Shown piece after piece: positions 1-9,900 of a stretch of DNA of 32,000 nt (position 1 is its first letter; every line of letters starts with the position of its first letter). Source of the stretch: Okeania sp. (GTDB taxonomy: Bacteria; Cyanobacteriota; Cyanobacteriia; Cyanobacteriales; Microcoleaceae); NCBI RefSeq assembly GCF_035285525.1, contig NZ_JAYKGW010000182.1, positions 1 through 32,000 on the forward strand, in the 5' to 3' direction. The notes under the pieces are model-generated. The model had not been told where the DNA came from. It made no database searches and was given only the letters and a program-made list of their open reading frames with translations. Made by a program: the position numbers and the translations under genes.

Positions 1-673
1 GGGAAGTTTTCTCATGGGTTCGCCAGAAAATGAAGCGGAAAGAAAAAGTAATGAAGGTCCGCAACATGAAGTTACTATCCAACCTTTTTATATGAGCAAA
101 TATCCGATTACTCAAAACCAGTACCAAACCATTATGGGAAATAATCCTTCTAGCTTTAAAGGAGGAAGTCGCCCAGTAGAATGGGTGAGTTGGCAAAATG
201 CTGTAGAGTTTTGTCAGAAACTGTCTGAGAAAACAGGGAAAATTTATACTTTGCCCAGTGAGAGTCAGTGGGAATATTCCTGTCGCACAGGGACGACTAC
301 TCCTTTCTATTTTGGAGAAACTATAACCCCTGAGTTAGTTAACTATGACGGCAACTATCCTTATGGTAATGCTCCTAAAGGAAAATATCTAGCAGAAACG
401 ACGAATGTGGAAGCTTTTAAACCTAATGCCTTTGGTTTATATGATATGCACGGGAATATTTGGGAATGGTGTCAAGATGTTTGGCACGAAAATTATAATG
501 GAGCGCCTACTGACGGAAGTGCTTGGGAAGTTGGGGGAGATAGTAATATAAGAGTACTCCGTGGCGGTTGCTGGTACGGCTATTCTAGAAGTTGCCGCAG
601 TGCCAGACGTAACTACGGCAATGCGGTCATCCTCAACAACAATAGGGGTTTTCGTGTCGCGATCAAAAAATAG
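1..673 (+). CDS. Formylglycine-generating-enzyme (FGE/SUMF1-type) domain protein, C-terminal part; the 5' end lies outside the window
   Basis: Reading frame is open back to position 2. FGE-fold motifs are present: HEVTIQPFYMSKYPITQNQY, WEWCQDVW, RVLRGGCWY, and GFRV near the C-terminus. Stop TAG at 671-673. Confidence 0.85.
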   Translation, partial: GSFLMGSPENEAERKSNEGPQHEVTIQPFYMSKYPITQNQYQTIMGNNPSSFKGGSRPVEWVSWQNAVEFCQKLSEKTGKIYTLPSESQWEYSCRTGTTTPFYFGETITPELVNYDGNYPYGNAPKGKYLAETTNVEAFKPNAFGLYDMHGNIWEWCQDVWHENYNGAPTDGSAWEVGGDSNIRVLRGGCWYGYSRSCRSARRNYGNAVILNNNRGFRVAIKK

Positions 674-1587
674 CAGATGAATCAGAGAAACTTAGCCAAT
701 AATTACGAGATAACTTCAGAATTAATCGACTAAGTTCCTCAGAAGGCAAAGCTAATAATTGTTCAATAATTCCTAATAATTCATCATCCAAAGAATCAAA
801 ACGAACCCGAAGCAAATTTTCTACAATTAATCTTTGACCTTGTTGTAAACCTTGTTATGTTCCTTGTTGTATCCCTTGTTGAGTAGCATATTCTAAACGT
901 TGTAAATAAACTGGCAATAATTCCATAATTAACTCCTGATCTTCTGATTCTAAACCTTCATTTAATTCCAACATTGTTAGTAAACTATAAACTAATTCTA
1001 ACACATTAAAATATAACGGACTGTCAATAGATAAATTTCTTAATTCCTGAATAGCTTCCTTTTGTACTTTTCCTTTATCTAACATTCTCAAACACAAAGT
1101 TTCCTCAGTTTTTGGTAATTGATGAACTGCTACTATTTTAGTTCTGTAAATATTTCCTAAAGTGTAAATACCAGAACAATTAAATTCGGGAGGGTTCTGA
1201 GCACCAACTCCAGCAATAATTGCCGATGGAATAGTAGGTGTAATTATCCATAATAGAGGTAAATTTATTTCATCAGTTTTCTCCTTTTTGCGATTAAATT
1301 CTCTTTCTAAACCTGCACAAATATCAAATAATTTTCCCAAACAACTACGAATTTCTCCAGGAGTAACTGCATTACGAAAAGGTTCAATAACACAGACATT
1401 GACAGCAAATTTTTCCAGTAAACCTAAATTTAATAAATTGTCTGGAGTCTGAGCATAAGGGATAAAATAAACATCAGCTTGTCTAATTTCTCCAGAGATA
1501 TCTTTAACTGGTTTCTACTTGACCTCTGTTAGACAATAATTCGGTTAAATATTGTTTAGAGAATTGGTCATGGATAAATCTTGTCAT
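663..1587 (-). pseudogene. Decayed cyanobacterial multi-copy gene (Rpn/PD-(D/E)XK-like N-terminus with DUF4351-type C-terminal tail), carrying one frameshift and one in-frame stop
   Basis: ATG at 1587 gives MTRFIHDQFSKQYLTELLSNRGQVETS, then TAA at 1506-1504. The adjacent frame opens at 1514 and continues VKDISGEIRQADVYFIPYAQ... into the 855..1340 track ORF. After the in-frame TAA (857-855) the same frame continues QGLQQGQRLIVENLLRVRFDSLDDELLGIIEQLLALPSEEL..., a DUF4351-like tail, to TGA at 665-663. Confidence 0.6.
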
Positions 1588-1659
1588 TGATTAACTTGAA
1601 ATTGTACTTTAATAAATACTGATATTATTTCAGTTATCAGTTCTCAGCCTTTTGAGTGA

Positions 1660-1929
1660 AAAACTATTTTATCTATTGCCAATGAGTATCTAAATATCAA
1701 TCAAACCATAGAACTATTAGCATTAGATTTAGTTAAACTAGGATTTCAATTATATGATGCTTTACACTTAGCTTTTACTCAAATCTATAACCTTGATGTA
1801 TTTTTAAACACCCATGATAAACTTTTATGAAAAACTAAAAAGTATTCTAAGTTAATAACTATAAATACAGAAAACCACTTGGTTTATTTAATAAATATTC
1901 TACAAGCGCAAAATGATGAAATTGACTAA
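1660..1929 (+). pseudogene. Remnant of a PIN-domain (VapC-like) toxin gene: C-terminal part only, no start codon, internal stop
   Basis: Translation is ...LALDLVKLGFQLYDALHLAFTQIYNLDVFLNTHDKLL*KTKKYSKLITINTENHLVYL.... It resembles the DALHLA..A...D.FLT.D..LL C-terminal PIN signature. There is an in-frame TGA at 1828-1830 and no ATG upstream. Confidence 0.35.
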
Positions 1930-2112
1930 AATTAGACAGCAAGAATATAAGGCTTTAATCAACTGATTAGGTGTTGTGGGAATTTTGCTTTTTATCCAAT
2001 AATTTAAAGTAGTTTAGGTCGATTATACCAATGAACAAAATTTAGCAGACTTTAAACAATTTGCTAGAAAAAAAACGTACAGAATTAAAATAATTCAAAA
2101 AGCTGATAACTG

Positions 2113-2144
2113 AAAAAAATGCTCGACTAAATTTAGTCGAACAT
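2113..2144 (-). terminator. Rho-independent terminator downstream of ndhB
   Basis: Minus strand reads ATGTTCGACTAAATTTAGTCGAGCAT (stem TCGACTA/TAGTCGA, extended by ATG/CAT) followed by TTTTTTT. It lies 39 nt after the ndhB stop. Confidence 0.6.
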
Positions 2145-2182
2145 TTATCATTCCGAACTTTACTTCCTAAACACCAATCAAA

Positions 2183-3760
2183 CTAATTCTTTGAAGACCA
2201 AGAAATATCTACTTTACTTACTACAGAATTAGTTTCCAAAGTCTGAACTAAAGCCGAATTTAACATCGGGGTTTTAGCAATAGAATTATTAGCTAAAGTA
2301 AACAAAGGGTTAGATAAAATTCCAGCTAAAGAAGTTGCCAAAACTGATACAATTAATCCTACTTGTAAAGGACGCATACCAGGAAGGTTCCAACGAATAG
2401 GAGGATAATTCTTAATAACATCCGACATCTCTTGCGGTTCTTTTACCACCATCATTTTCACCACACGAATGTAATAGTAAATAGAAGCCACACTGGTAAT
2501 TAATCCTAACAGAACTAACCAATATAATCCAGCTTGCCAACCTGCCCAAAACAGATAAATTTTCCCAAAGAAACCTGCCAGTGGCGGTATACCACCCAAA
2601 GACAATAAACAAAGACTTAACCCTAATGTCAAAAGTGGGTCTTTTTGGTATAACCCTGCATAGTCACTAATTTTGTCTGTACCTGTACGGAGAGAAAATA
2701 AAATCACACAGGTAAAACCACCCAAGTTCATAAACAGATAAACTAGCATATAAAAAATCATACTAGCGTAACCTGCTTCAGTATTAGCCAAAAGACCAAT
2801 CATTACAAAACCAGCTTGTCCAATAGATGAGTAAGCAAGTAGACGTTTCATGCTAGTTTGGGCAAGAGCAACGATATTACCCAATACCATACTCATAATG
2901 GCTAAAGCTGTAAATACAAAATGCCATTGTTCCGAAACTAATGGGAAAGCTGTAACTAACAAACGAATAGCTAGAGCAAAACCTGCTGCTTTAGAACCTA
3001 CAGAGAGAAACGCTACAACTGGAGTCGGAGAACCTTCATAAACATCTGGAGTCCATTGGTGAAAAGGAACAGCAGAAATTTTGAAAGAAATACCCGCAAT
3101 AGCAAATACTAAAGCAATAACTAAAGCTAAAGAAACTCCACTACCTCCATTTGCTATACCAGGGGCGATCGCTGTTAACCGAGTTTCTCCACCGGACAAA
3201 CCATAGAGTAAAGAAATGCCATAGAGAAAAACGGCAGAACTAGCAGCTCCAATGAGTAAATATTTTAATGCTGCTTCATTGGAACGAGGGTCACGTTTGG
3301 TATAACCAGTTAATAAATAAGAGGAGATACTCAGAGTTTCCAAAGAGATAAAAATCATTACTAACTCATCTGCTCCAGAAAGGAACATTGCTCCCAAAGT
3401 AGCAGTGAGTAGAATACAAATAAATTCTCCCAGTGGAGTACCAGTTTGTTCTATATATGCTATGGACATTGATATAGTCACAATGGCTGATAGAGCAATA
3501 ATGCCTCTAAATACTATGCTCAGAGCATCAGCATTAAAGCCTCCTAAAAAACCGATAGTATTGGTACTGTCCCATTGAGTATATAAGGCCACAATTGCTC
3601 CAAAGAGACCAACCATGGCAGCATAAGGAGTCCATTTAGTAGAATTACGTCCCACTATCAGGTCTCCAACGAGAACTACTAGCAGGGTAATAAGGACTAT
3701 TCCTTCTGGTAGAATAGTACCCGCATTGAGTTGGGCTGCAATATCAGAGAAATTTATCAT
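2183..3760 (-). CDS. ndhB: NAD(P)H-quinone oxidoreductase (NDH-1) subunit 2
   Basis: 525-aa polytopic membrane protein. The N-terminus ...[20 protein letters not shown]... and the length match cyanobacterial NdhB, and NuoN/ND2-type helices run throughout. Confidence 0.96.
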   Translation of the reverse strand: MINFSDIAAQLNAGTILPEGIVLITLLVVLVGDLIVGRNSTKWTPYAAMVGLFGAIVALYTQWDSTNTIGFLGGFNADALSIVFRGIIALSAIVTISMSIAYIEQTGTPLGEFICILLTATLGAMFLSGADELVMIFISLETLSISSYLLTGYTKRDPRSNEAALKYLLIGAASSAVFLYGISLLYGLSGGETRLTAIAPGIANGGSGVSLALVIALVFAIAGISFKISAVPFHQWTPDVYEGSPTPVVAFLSVGSKAAGFALAIRLLVTAFPLVSEQWHFVFTALAIMSMVLGNIVALAQTSMKRLLAYSSIGQAGFVMIGLLANTEAGYASMIFYMLVYLFMNLGGFTCVILFSLRTGTDKISDYAGLYQKDPLLTLGLSLCLLSLGGIPPLAGFFGKIYLFWAGWQAGLYWLVLLGLITSVASIYYYIRVVKMMVVKEPQEMSDVIKNYPPIRWNLPGMRPLQVGLIVSVLATSLAGILSNPLFTLANNSIAKTPMLNSALVQTLETNSVVSKVDISWSSKN

Positions 3761-3900
3761 TTTAGATAATTTGAAGTTTTCCAGTAATTAAGAATTTTTG
3801 CTAATTCATAATCCTTTACTGTAAAGGATTTTAGCTTGTATCTGGTAAACAGGGAATAGGTATGGAGGTATGGAGGGAACAAGGAACAGTTGGAAAATTC

Positions 3901-3954
3901 TACACTCCCCACACTTCCCACACTCTCCACACTTCCTACACTTCCCACACTCCC
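3901..3954. repeat. Six tandem copies of a 9-bp unit (YACACTYYC) in the ndhB upstream region
   Basis: The units are TACACTCCC CACACTTCC CACACTCTC CACACTTCC TACACTTCC CACACTCCC. This array generates the artefactual GSVGSVESVGSV and HTSHTLHTSYTSHT ORFs in the track. Confidence 0.9.
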
Positions 3955-3998
3955 GACTCTTCGTTTCTTAGTCTTTGTTATCTAAAATACACAAACAA

Positions 3999-4086
3999 GA
4001 CTTACGCAGCAACTCCAGATATAGTGCTTAAAACCCCATACGCAATGGTTTTTTAACTCTATATATAGTACCTCCCGTGTAAGTCC
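3999..4086. mobile_element. MITE-like element with GACTTACGCA / TGYGTAAGTC termini (copy A)
   Basis: Starts GACTTACGCAGC and ends CTATATATAGTACCTCCCGTGTAAGTCC. It is collinear with the copy at 17025-17110 and inverted relative to the copy at 14968-15120. Confidence 0.6.
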
Positions 4087-4548
4087 TGACAAATTTAGGA
4101 TTTCAATAGTTTAATAGACACTATATTTTCTTGGCAAACTGTCTCTTAATAAAATTTAAAATAATTATTTTTAATTCAATATAGGCTTTGATAAAAATAT
4201 ATGGTATCGGCTCAAACATACTCATTAAAATCAGTATTTTCAGGAAATTATTGTACAATTATAAAATTTAAAAACAATAAAAAACGAATACAAAAATATA
4301 TTAAATAATAATAATAGTTGTCTTTATTGATTTATAGTGATTTTTTGTAAATAAAATTTTTCTAGTTAATTTTGGGATACTATCTTTGATAATTATCACA
4401 AAGATAGGAAGTTTAATGTTTTCCAAAATTATTTGCTATGTAACTATTACCTGGGAAAAATTTTTCGATTACAAGATATAAACTGATTGATATTTTCCAG
4501 TTATGCTAGAGTAAAAAAATAACGAATACAACACAAGTGAGAAAAAAA

Positions 4549-4713
4549 ATGTCCATAATGAACAGAAATACACCAAAAAGTCTAGTTAACTTAAATCAAG
4601 TTCATAAAGAAAACCTCAAAAAAAGATTGACTCATCGCCTGGAAGCAGCTAGAGCCAAAGGAAATCAAGATTTAGTTCAAATGTTAGAGGCAGAAAAACA
4701 ATTACTGGACTAA
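4549..4713 (+). CDS. Small hypothetical protein (54 aa, charged/helical)
   Basis: ATG at 4549 to TAA at 4711-4713 gives MSIMNRNTPKSLVNLNQVHKENLKKRLTHRLEAARAKGNQDLVQMLEAEKQLLD. A strong terminator follows 66 nt downstream. It is below the ORF-track length cut-off and has no obvious SD sequence. Confidence 0.4.
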   Translation: MSIMNRNTPKSLVNLNQVHKENLKKRLTHRLEAARAKGNQDLVQMLEAEKQLLD

Positions 4714-4778
4714 ATCAGATTGCTTTAATATCTAATTTAATCTACCAGCAATTATTTTTAATATTCATTAATCAGATT

Positions 4779-4813
4779 AAAACCCGGTTTCCTGTAGAGA
4801 CCGGGTTTTATTC
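4779..4813 (+). terminator. Rho-independent terminator after the small ORF
   Basis: AAAACCCGGT (4779-4788), an 11-nt loop, then ACCGGGTTTT (4800-4809), running into TTTTATT. Confidence 0.7.
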
Positions 4814-5051
4814 AGTTATCAGTTATGGCGTTACCGCGCTAGGGAATAGGGAACACAGAAGGTGGGAACAGGGAACAATAATATTAGGGAACAGTATAAT
4901 ATTAAAGAGTTTCAAAATATAGAAATATCTTAACCTTTGCTTCGACTTTTATATCAGTTCCTCTGACTGAAGTCAGAACCCTAAATATTGAAGTTGATTT
5001 TTTTTGGTCTTTGATTCAATAAAGAATTTATAACCATAAAAAAAGATTCGT

Positions 5052-5115
5052 GAAAAAACTGTAGGGGTTTGGTTTCCAAATCCCCTGACTCTAGGTTTGG
5101 AGACCAAACCCCTAC
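5052..5115 (-). terminator. Repeat-derived long hairpin plus T-run; probable rpiA terminator
   Basis: GTAGGGGTTTGGT (5061-5073) pairs with ACCAAACCCCTAC (5103-5115). On the minus strand the hairpin is followed by AGTTTTTTCA. Confidence 0.55.
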
Positions 5116-5143
5116 CAGAAAATTTGGCAACCTAAATTTTAAG

Positions 5144-5264
5144 ATTATTACTTGATTTCTCAATCCTATCTGGTTGGGAGTTGGGAGACCAAACCCCTAC
5201 CAGAAAAATTATTACTTGATTTCTCAATCCTATCTGGTTGGGAGTTGGGAGACCAAACCCCTAC
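5144..5264. repeat. Tandem duplication (period 64 bp) of a 57-bp segment that ends in the ACCAAACCCCTAC hairpin arm
   Basis: ATTATTACTTGATTTCTCAATCCTATCTGGTTGGGAGTTGGGAGACCAAACCCCTAC occurs identically at 5144-5200 and 5208-5264. A third copy of the arm lies at 5103-5115. Confidence 0.9.
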
Positions 5265-5287
5265 AATAAAATTTGGCAACCTAATTT

Positions 5288-6001
5288 TTAAGAAATTTCC
5301 TTAATTATCGGTTGCCCATCTTGAATTTCTCCCACTAAAATTATATCCGCAACCCCAACAAATAAACCATTCTCCAAAACCCCAGGAATATTATTTAAAC
5401 TTTTTTCCATTTCCCCAGGATTATCAATATAATCAAACTTAACATCAATAACCAAATTACCTTGGTCTGTCACTACAGGACCAGCCTTCTTCACGGCCAT
5501 TCGTAATTCTGGTTGACCACCTAATTTAGCGATCGCCCGCATAACAGGACTTACTGCCGTAGGTATGACTTCTACTGGCAACAAAAAAGTAGAACCCAAT
5601 TTATCTACCAATTTAGAACTATCTACCACCACAATAAACTGTTCTGCCAGACAATCCACAATTTTCTCACGAGTGTGAGCTGCTCCACCACCCTTAATCA
5701 AATTTTTCTGTGGGTCAACCTCATCAGCACCATCAATAGCAACATCTATTTGGTCAACCTCATCAAGAGTAGTTAATGGTATACCATATTTTCTAGCTAA
5801 TACGGTTGACTGAAAAGAAGTAGGGATACCTTTGATATCTTGAAGTTGTCCACTTTGGAGACGTTCTCCTAAAAATTGAATCATGTAAGCAGCGGTTGAC
5901 CCACTACCTAAACCCACTATAGTTCCAGATGTTACTCGGTCAGCAGCAGCTTTAGCGACTTGCTGTTTCATTAATTTTGTGGGGTCTTGTTCTGTTATCA
6001 T
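5288..6001 (-). CDS. rpiA: Ribose-5-phosphate isomerase A
   Basis: 237 aa with the RpiA signatures [19 protein letters not shown] and [13 protein letters not shown]. Confidence 0.95.
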   Translation of the reverse strand: MITEQDPTKLMKQQVAKAAADRVTSGTIVGLGSGSTAAYMIQFLGERLQSGQLQDIKGIPTSFQSTVLARKYGIPLTTLDEVDQIDVAIDGADEVDPQKNLIKGGGAAHTREKIVDCLAEQFIVVVDSSKLVDKLGSTFLLPVEVIPTAVSPVMRAIAKLGGQPELRMAVKKAGPVVTDQGNLVIDVKFDYIDNPGEMEKSLNNIPGVLENGLFVGVADIILVGEIQDGQPIIKEIS

Positions 6002-6030
6002 ATTTTAATATTCCCAATCGAAATTATTAG

Positions 6031-6198
6031 GTAAGCATTTAGCCATCAGCTAACAGCTATTGTTTTTGGTTTAAGATTGAAACCTTAACCTTAAGACTAT
6101 ACTTTATAAACATCTTTAATTAACATAAAACTTTATGTTGATCATAGATAGCTTTAAAGATTGGTTTTTATTGCTGATAGCTGAAGTGCTAATAGCTG
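6031..6198. repeat. Opposed AGCTGAT/AGCTATT-type heptamer blocks (GTAAGCATTTAGCC family) bracketing about 110 bp
   Basis: Left arm is GTAAGCATTTAGCCATCAGCTAACAGCTATTG (6031-6063); right arm is GCTGATAGCTGAAGTGCTAATAGCTG (6173-6198). Members of the same family occur at 6881-6905, 10668-10706, 28768-28805 and 28939-28973. Confidence 0.5.
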
Positions 6199-6309
6199 TT
6201 TGCGCAGCATTATCCAGGAAATGTTTACATTATTAGCACTGTTTAATTTAAGTAAACTAATTAGCAACTTCAAGTCAAGTATACTTTTTTCTCTATTGTT
6301 AAAAATACC

Positions 6310-6651
6310 ATGATAATTGAATGGCTACAATTTAAGATTGAGGAGAGTGTCAAAAAAGAATTTATCCAAAAAGATGGAGAGATTTGGACATCTTTCCTAG
6401 CTTTACAAACGGGTTTTTTGAAAAAAGAAGTCTGGTTTAATAGCGATAAAAGTGATGAAATTATTATTATAGTTTATTGGGAAAATCGAGAGAAATGGAA
6501 GTCTATTTCACAAGTTTTATTAGCTCAAACTGAATTGAAATTTAGGGAAGCACTTGGGGTGGAAAATTACTCTTTGTTAAGCTCTAAAGAATATGAACTT
6601 GACACAACTTACCCACAGGGTCCATATTTACTTTCAGTAATTAGGGAGTAG
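6310..6651 (+). CDS. Small conserved cyanobacterial protein, ABM/Dabb-like (resembles the TIGR03792 family)
   Basis: 113 aa. The pattern MIIEWLQFKI...FIQKDGEIWTSFLALQTGFLKKEVWFN...IIIIVYWENREKWKSI matches my recollection of that family. The last codons and the stop lie inside a heptamer array. Confidence 0.5.
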   Translation: MIIEWLQFKIEESVKKEFIQKDGEIWTSFLALQTGFLKKEVWFNSDKSDEIIIIVYWENREKWKSISQVLLAQTELKFREALGVENYSLLSSKEYELDTTYPQGPYLLSVIRE

Positions 6652-6678
6652 GGAGTAGGCAGTAGGGAATAGGGTAAT
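6644..6678. repeat. STRR-like heptamer array (GGGAGTA x2, GGCAGTA, GGGAATA, GGGTAAT)
   Basis: Five consecutive 7-bp units read directly from the sequence. The array overlaps the stop codon of the 6310..6651 ORF. Confidence 0.85.
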
Positions 6679-6789
6679 TAAATTGTTTATTTTAGATATT
6701 GAAATTCATATAATTAAATTTTTTGCAATAGGTCTATTTTAGTTATATAAGTATTTATAACAATATGAAATTATTCGCGATCAAAAACT

Positions 6790-6845
6790 GTAGGGGTTTG
6801 GTTTAGAAACCCGTTGGAGCTTGGATTTTGAAACCAAACTTCTAC
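6790..6845. repeat. Diverged copy of the GTAGGGGTTTGGT...ACCAAAC..CTAC hairpin repeat
   Basis: GTAGGGGTTTGGTTTAGAAACCC...GAAACCAAACTTCTAC, the same family as 5061-5115. Confidence 0.6.
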
Positions 6846-6955
6846 GAAAAATCTCACAACCTATTTAGGATTTTTATAGCTATTAGCTGATAGCTGAAGA
6901 TTGACAAAATAAAGTACAGTTTGAAATATTATCGCCATCAGGGTTAGGAAAGAAA

Positions 6956-9900
6956 ATGTTAGCTGAAAATTATTTCAATACAGCAAATAAATTGAAAGAT
7001 TCTGGACAAATTTATACAGCAATGATTACTTATCAAAAAGCTTTGAGTATTAAACCAGATTATGTCGAAGTTTACAATAAATTAGCTGAAATATATTGGA
7101 GGCAAGAAAATTTTGATGCAGCAATTTCTGCTTGCCAAAAAGCAGTTAAAATTAAACCAAATTTTGCATCTGCTTATCTGACTTTAGGGAATATTTTTCA
7201 AAGTCAGAGTTTATTTGAAAAAGCAATTAATGCTTATCATCAGGCTTTAGGGTTTGAACCAATTTTTCCAGAGGTTTATGCTAATATTGGCAGTGTTTAT
7301 TATAAACAGAGACAGTTTGATTTAGCTATTTTTAATTATCAAAAAGCTTTAGAGATTAATCCAGAGTTGGCATCTGTGCAGTTAATGTTAGGAAATGTAT
7401 TTGCTCATATAGGGGAATTTGATCGGGCGGTTTATTGTTATCAAAAATTGCTAGAAATAAAACCAAAAGATTATAAAGCTTATTTCAAGTTAGCAGAGGT
7501 TTTTGCTTTGTATGGAAATCTTGAATCAGCTTTTGATTATTATGAGAAATCTTTATCTATTCAGCCAAATTATCAATGTGCTTTTGCCAAGTTATATACT
7601 TTACTAAAACCTGAAACTAAGAAGCAAGAATTGGAGGTATTATTTTCTGAATGGCAAAAATTCGCACGGAAAAATAATCGGAATATCAAGGAATATATTA
7701 ATTTGGTAATTCCGGAAAAATTAACGATTTTTTTAGACAAGGAAAAATTAAGGGAAAAACAAAATATAGAAGCTATTAGTGTTAATGCAGAAAATGGAGT
7801 TCAATCTGGTACTTTAAATTTAATTCCTGATGAAAAATTAGATAGTTTAGAGAAGAATTACGATAATTTACCTTACCCAGATGAGGTTAAAAAAAATCTG
7901 GAAAAAAAAGGTGAAACTAAGACTTGGGAAAATCAAGAATTAAAGTCAGAGTTAGCCAAAAAATTATTAAGGTTGCTGGAAGTAGATAGAGAAAATTATC
8001 AGATTAAGTCTACTGCCTTAGACTTAATTAATCAGCCAAAAATAGAGAGTTTAGACAATATTTCTGAGAATTTACTTTTGCCAAATAAAGTAGAAGAAAG
8101 TCTGGAAAAAAAAGGTGAAACTAAGACTTGGGAAAATCAAGAATTAAAGTCAGAGTTAGCCAAAAAATTATTAAAATTTACCGGAGTAGAAACTTATATA
8201 AATCAAGCTAATATTGCCTTAAAACAAAAAAATTTAGAATTGGCGATCGCCTCCTGTAAACAAGCTTTAAAAATTCAACCGAATTATTCTCCCTGTTATG
8301 TAACTTTAGGCAATGCTTTTTATCAACAAAATAATTTAGAATCTGCTTTATATGCTTATAGTCAAGCATTAAAAATTGAACCAGAAGTTGCAGAAGTTCA
8401 GGGAAATATTGGTAGTGTCTATTTCCAATTAGGTCAATATAAACAAGCACTTTTTCATTATCAAAAAGCTGTCGAACTAAAACCTAATTTAGCTGGTATT
8501 TATTGGAACATTGGTAAACTATTTCAACATTTAGGAAAAGTTGATGAAGCTCTTGAAGCTTGGGAAAAAGCATTAAAAATTCAACCAGATATAGTCGAAG
8601 CAAACTTTCACTTTAAATTAGGTAATACTCTAGTTAAACTGAGTAAAACTAATGAAGCAATTAAGTATTATCAAAGAGCAATTAATCTCAAGCCAGATCA
8701 TACCGAAGCTTATAGTAGTCTAGCTAATATTTTAGGTAAACAAGGAAATAAAGAAACAGCAATTAAATATTATCAAAAAGCACTAAATATTAATCCAGAC
8801 TTCAAACATTTACATGAAAAATTAGCAAATAACTTATTGCTAAAAGGCGACTATGACCAAGCAATATATCATTATCAAGAAGCCATTAAATATAACCCTA
8901 AATCTTATGATGCTTATGCCAACTTAGGAACAGCACTTTCCAATAAAGGATTATTAGAATTAGCACTACAAAAATATTATCAAGCATTAGAACTTAAACC
9001 AAACTGGGCAGAAGTTTACTCTCGCATTGGTCATATTATTAAACAAGACAAAATGGAAGAAGCGATCGCTTTATTTGAAAAAGCCATCCAAGCCAAACCA
9101 AAATTTGTCGAAGCTCATCAACAATTATGTGATTTACTAAGTCATACAACTAAACTTGCTGAAGCGAGAAAAGCTGCCGATAACTTCTATAATCATTGTG
9201 GAGAAATAGCTCCTATTCTTTCAGGAGTTGCCTTCTTATTTTCCTACTTCCAATCAGGAGTAAGTGACATAGCAAACTCCAAGCTTTCAGAAGTAGAAAA
9301 AATCTGTTATCAGAGAGTTGAAACTTTCGGTGAAATAGAAACAAAACTACTCTATGAAATTTTCTTATTTGCCGTTCCTCACCTCAGAGATGACTTAGAA
9401 CAAAACGCTAATTTTTACAAATTAATTGCCAAACAATATTATCAAAATCGAACCAAAATTTATCAAACCCCAAAAACTAATACTTCTACTTCTCAACCCT
9501 TAAAAATAGGATTCCTTTCCAAACATTTTCGTCGTCATTCAGTAGGTTGGTGTACCGAAGCTTTAATCAGAGAATTATCTCAAATTACACCAGACCTTCA
9601 TCTCTATATTACAGGTCCGTTGAAGAGAGACGATATTACTCAAAGATTTGAACAAATGTCTGTTAAAACTTATTGGCCGAAAAAATATCCTCATGGCTTT
9701 CCTTCCTATGAAGAAATTACCGCCAAAATATTAGAAGATAAATTAGATATAGTAGTAGATTTAGATTCAATGACATTACCAGTTAATGTTCATATTCTCT
9801 ATGAAAAACCAGCACCAGTTTGTGTTTCTTGGTTAGGTTTTGATGCACCCTATATTTCTGAAAATAACTACTTTTTATGTGACTGGTATACCCATCCTCA

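Noticed and set aside
1-673. Possible functional link between the FGE (sulfatase-maturing) domain gene and the sulfotransferase cluster
   Set aside because: The two are more than 22 kb apart, on different strands, with housekeeping genes between them. FGE-type domains in cyanobacteria are common C-terminal modules of unrelated multidomain proteins, and no sulfatase gene is present.
2412-3041. Track ORFs 2412..2612 (-) and 2850..3041 (+) inside ndhB
   Set aside because: They are alternative-frame or antisense ORFs within a confidently identified membrane-protein gene.
3757-4056. ORFs 3757..3948 (-) and 3862..4056 (+)
   Set aside because: Both are created by the 9-bp tandem repeat (GSVGSVESV / HTSHTLHTS translations) and the adjacent MITE. 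They overlap each other on opposite strands.
4981-5163. 60-aa minus-strand ORF downstream of rpiA
   Set aside because: It runs through the GTAGGGGTTTGG hairpin repeat and the duplicated segment. The region is repeat DNA, not coding.
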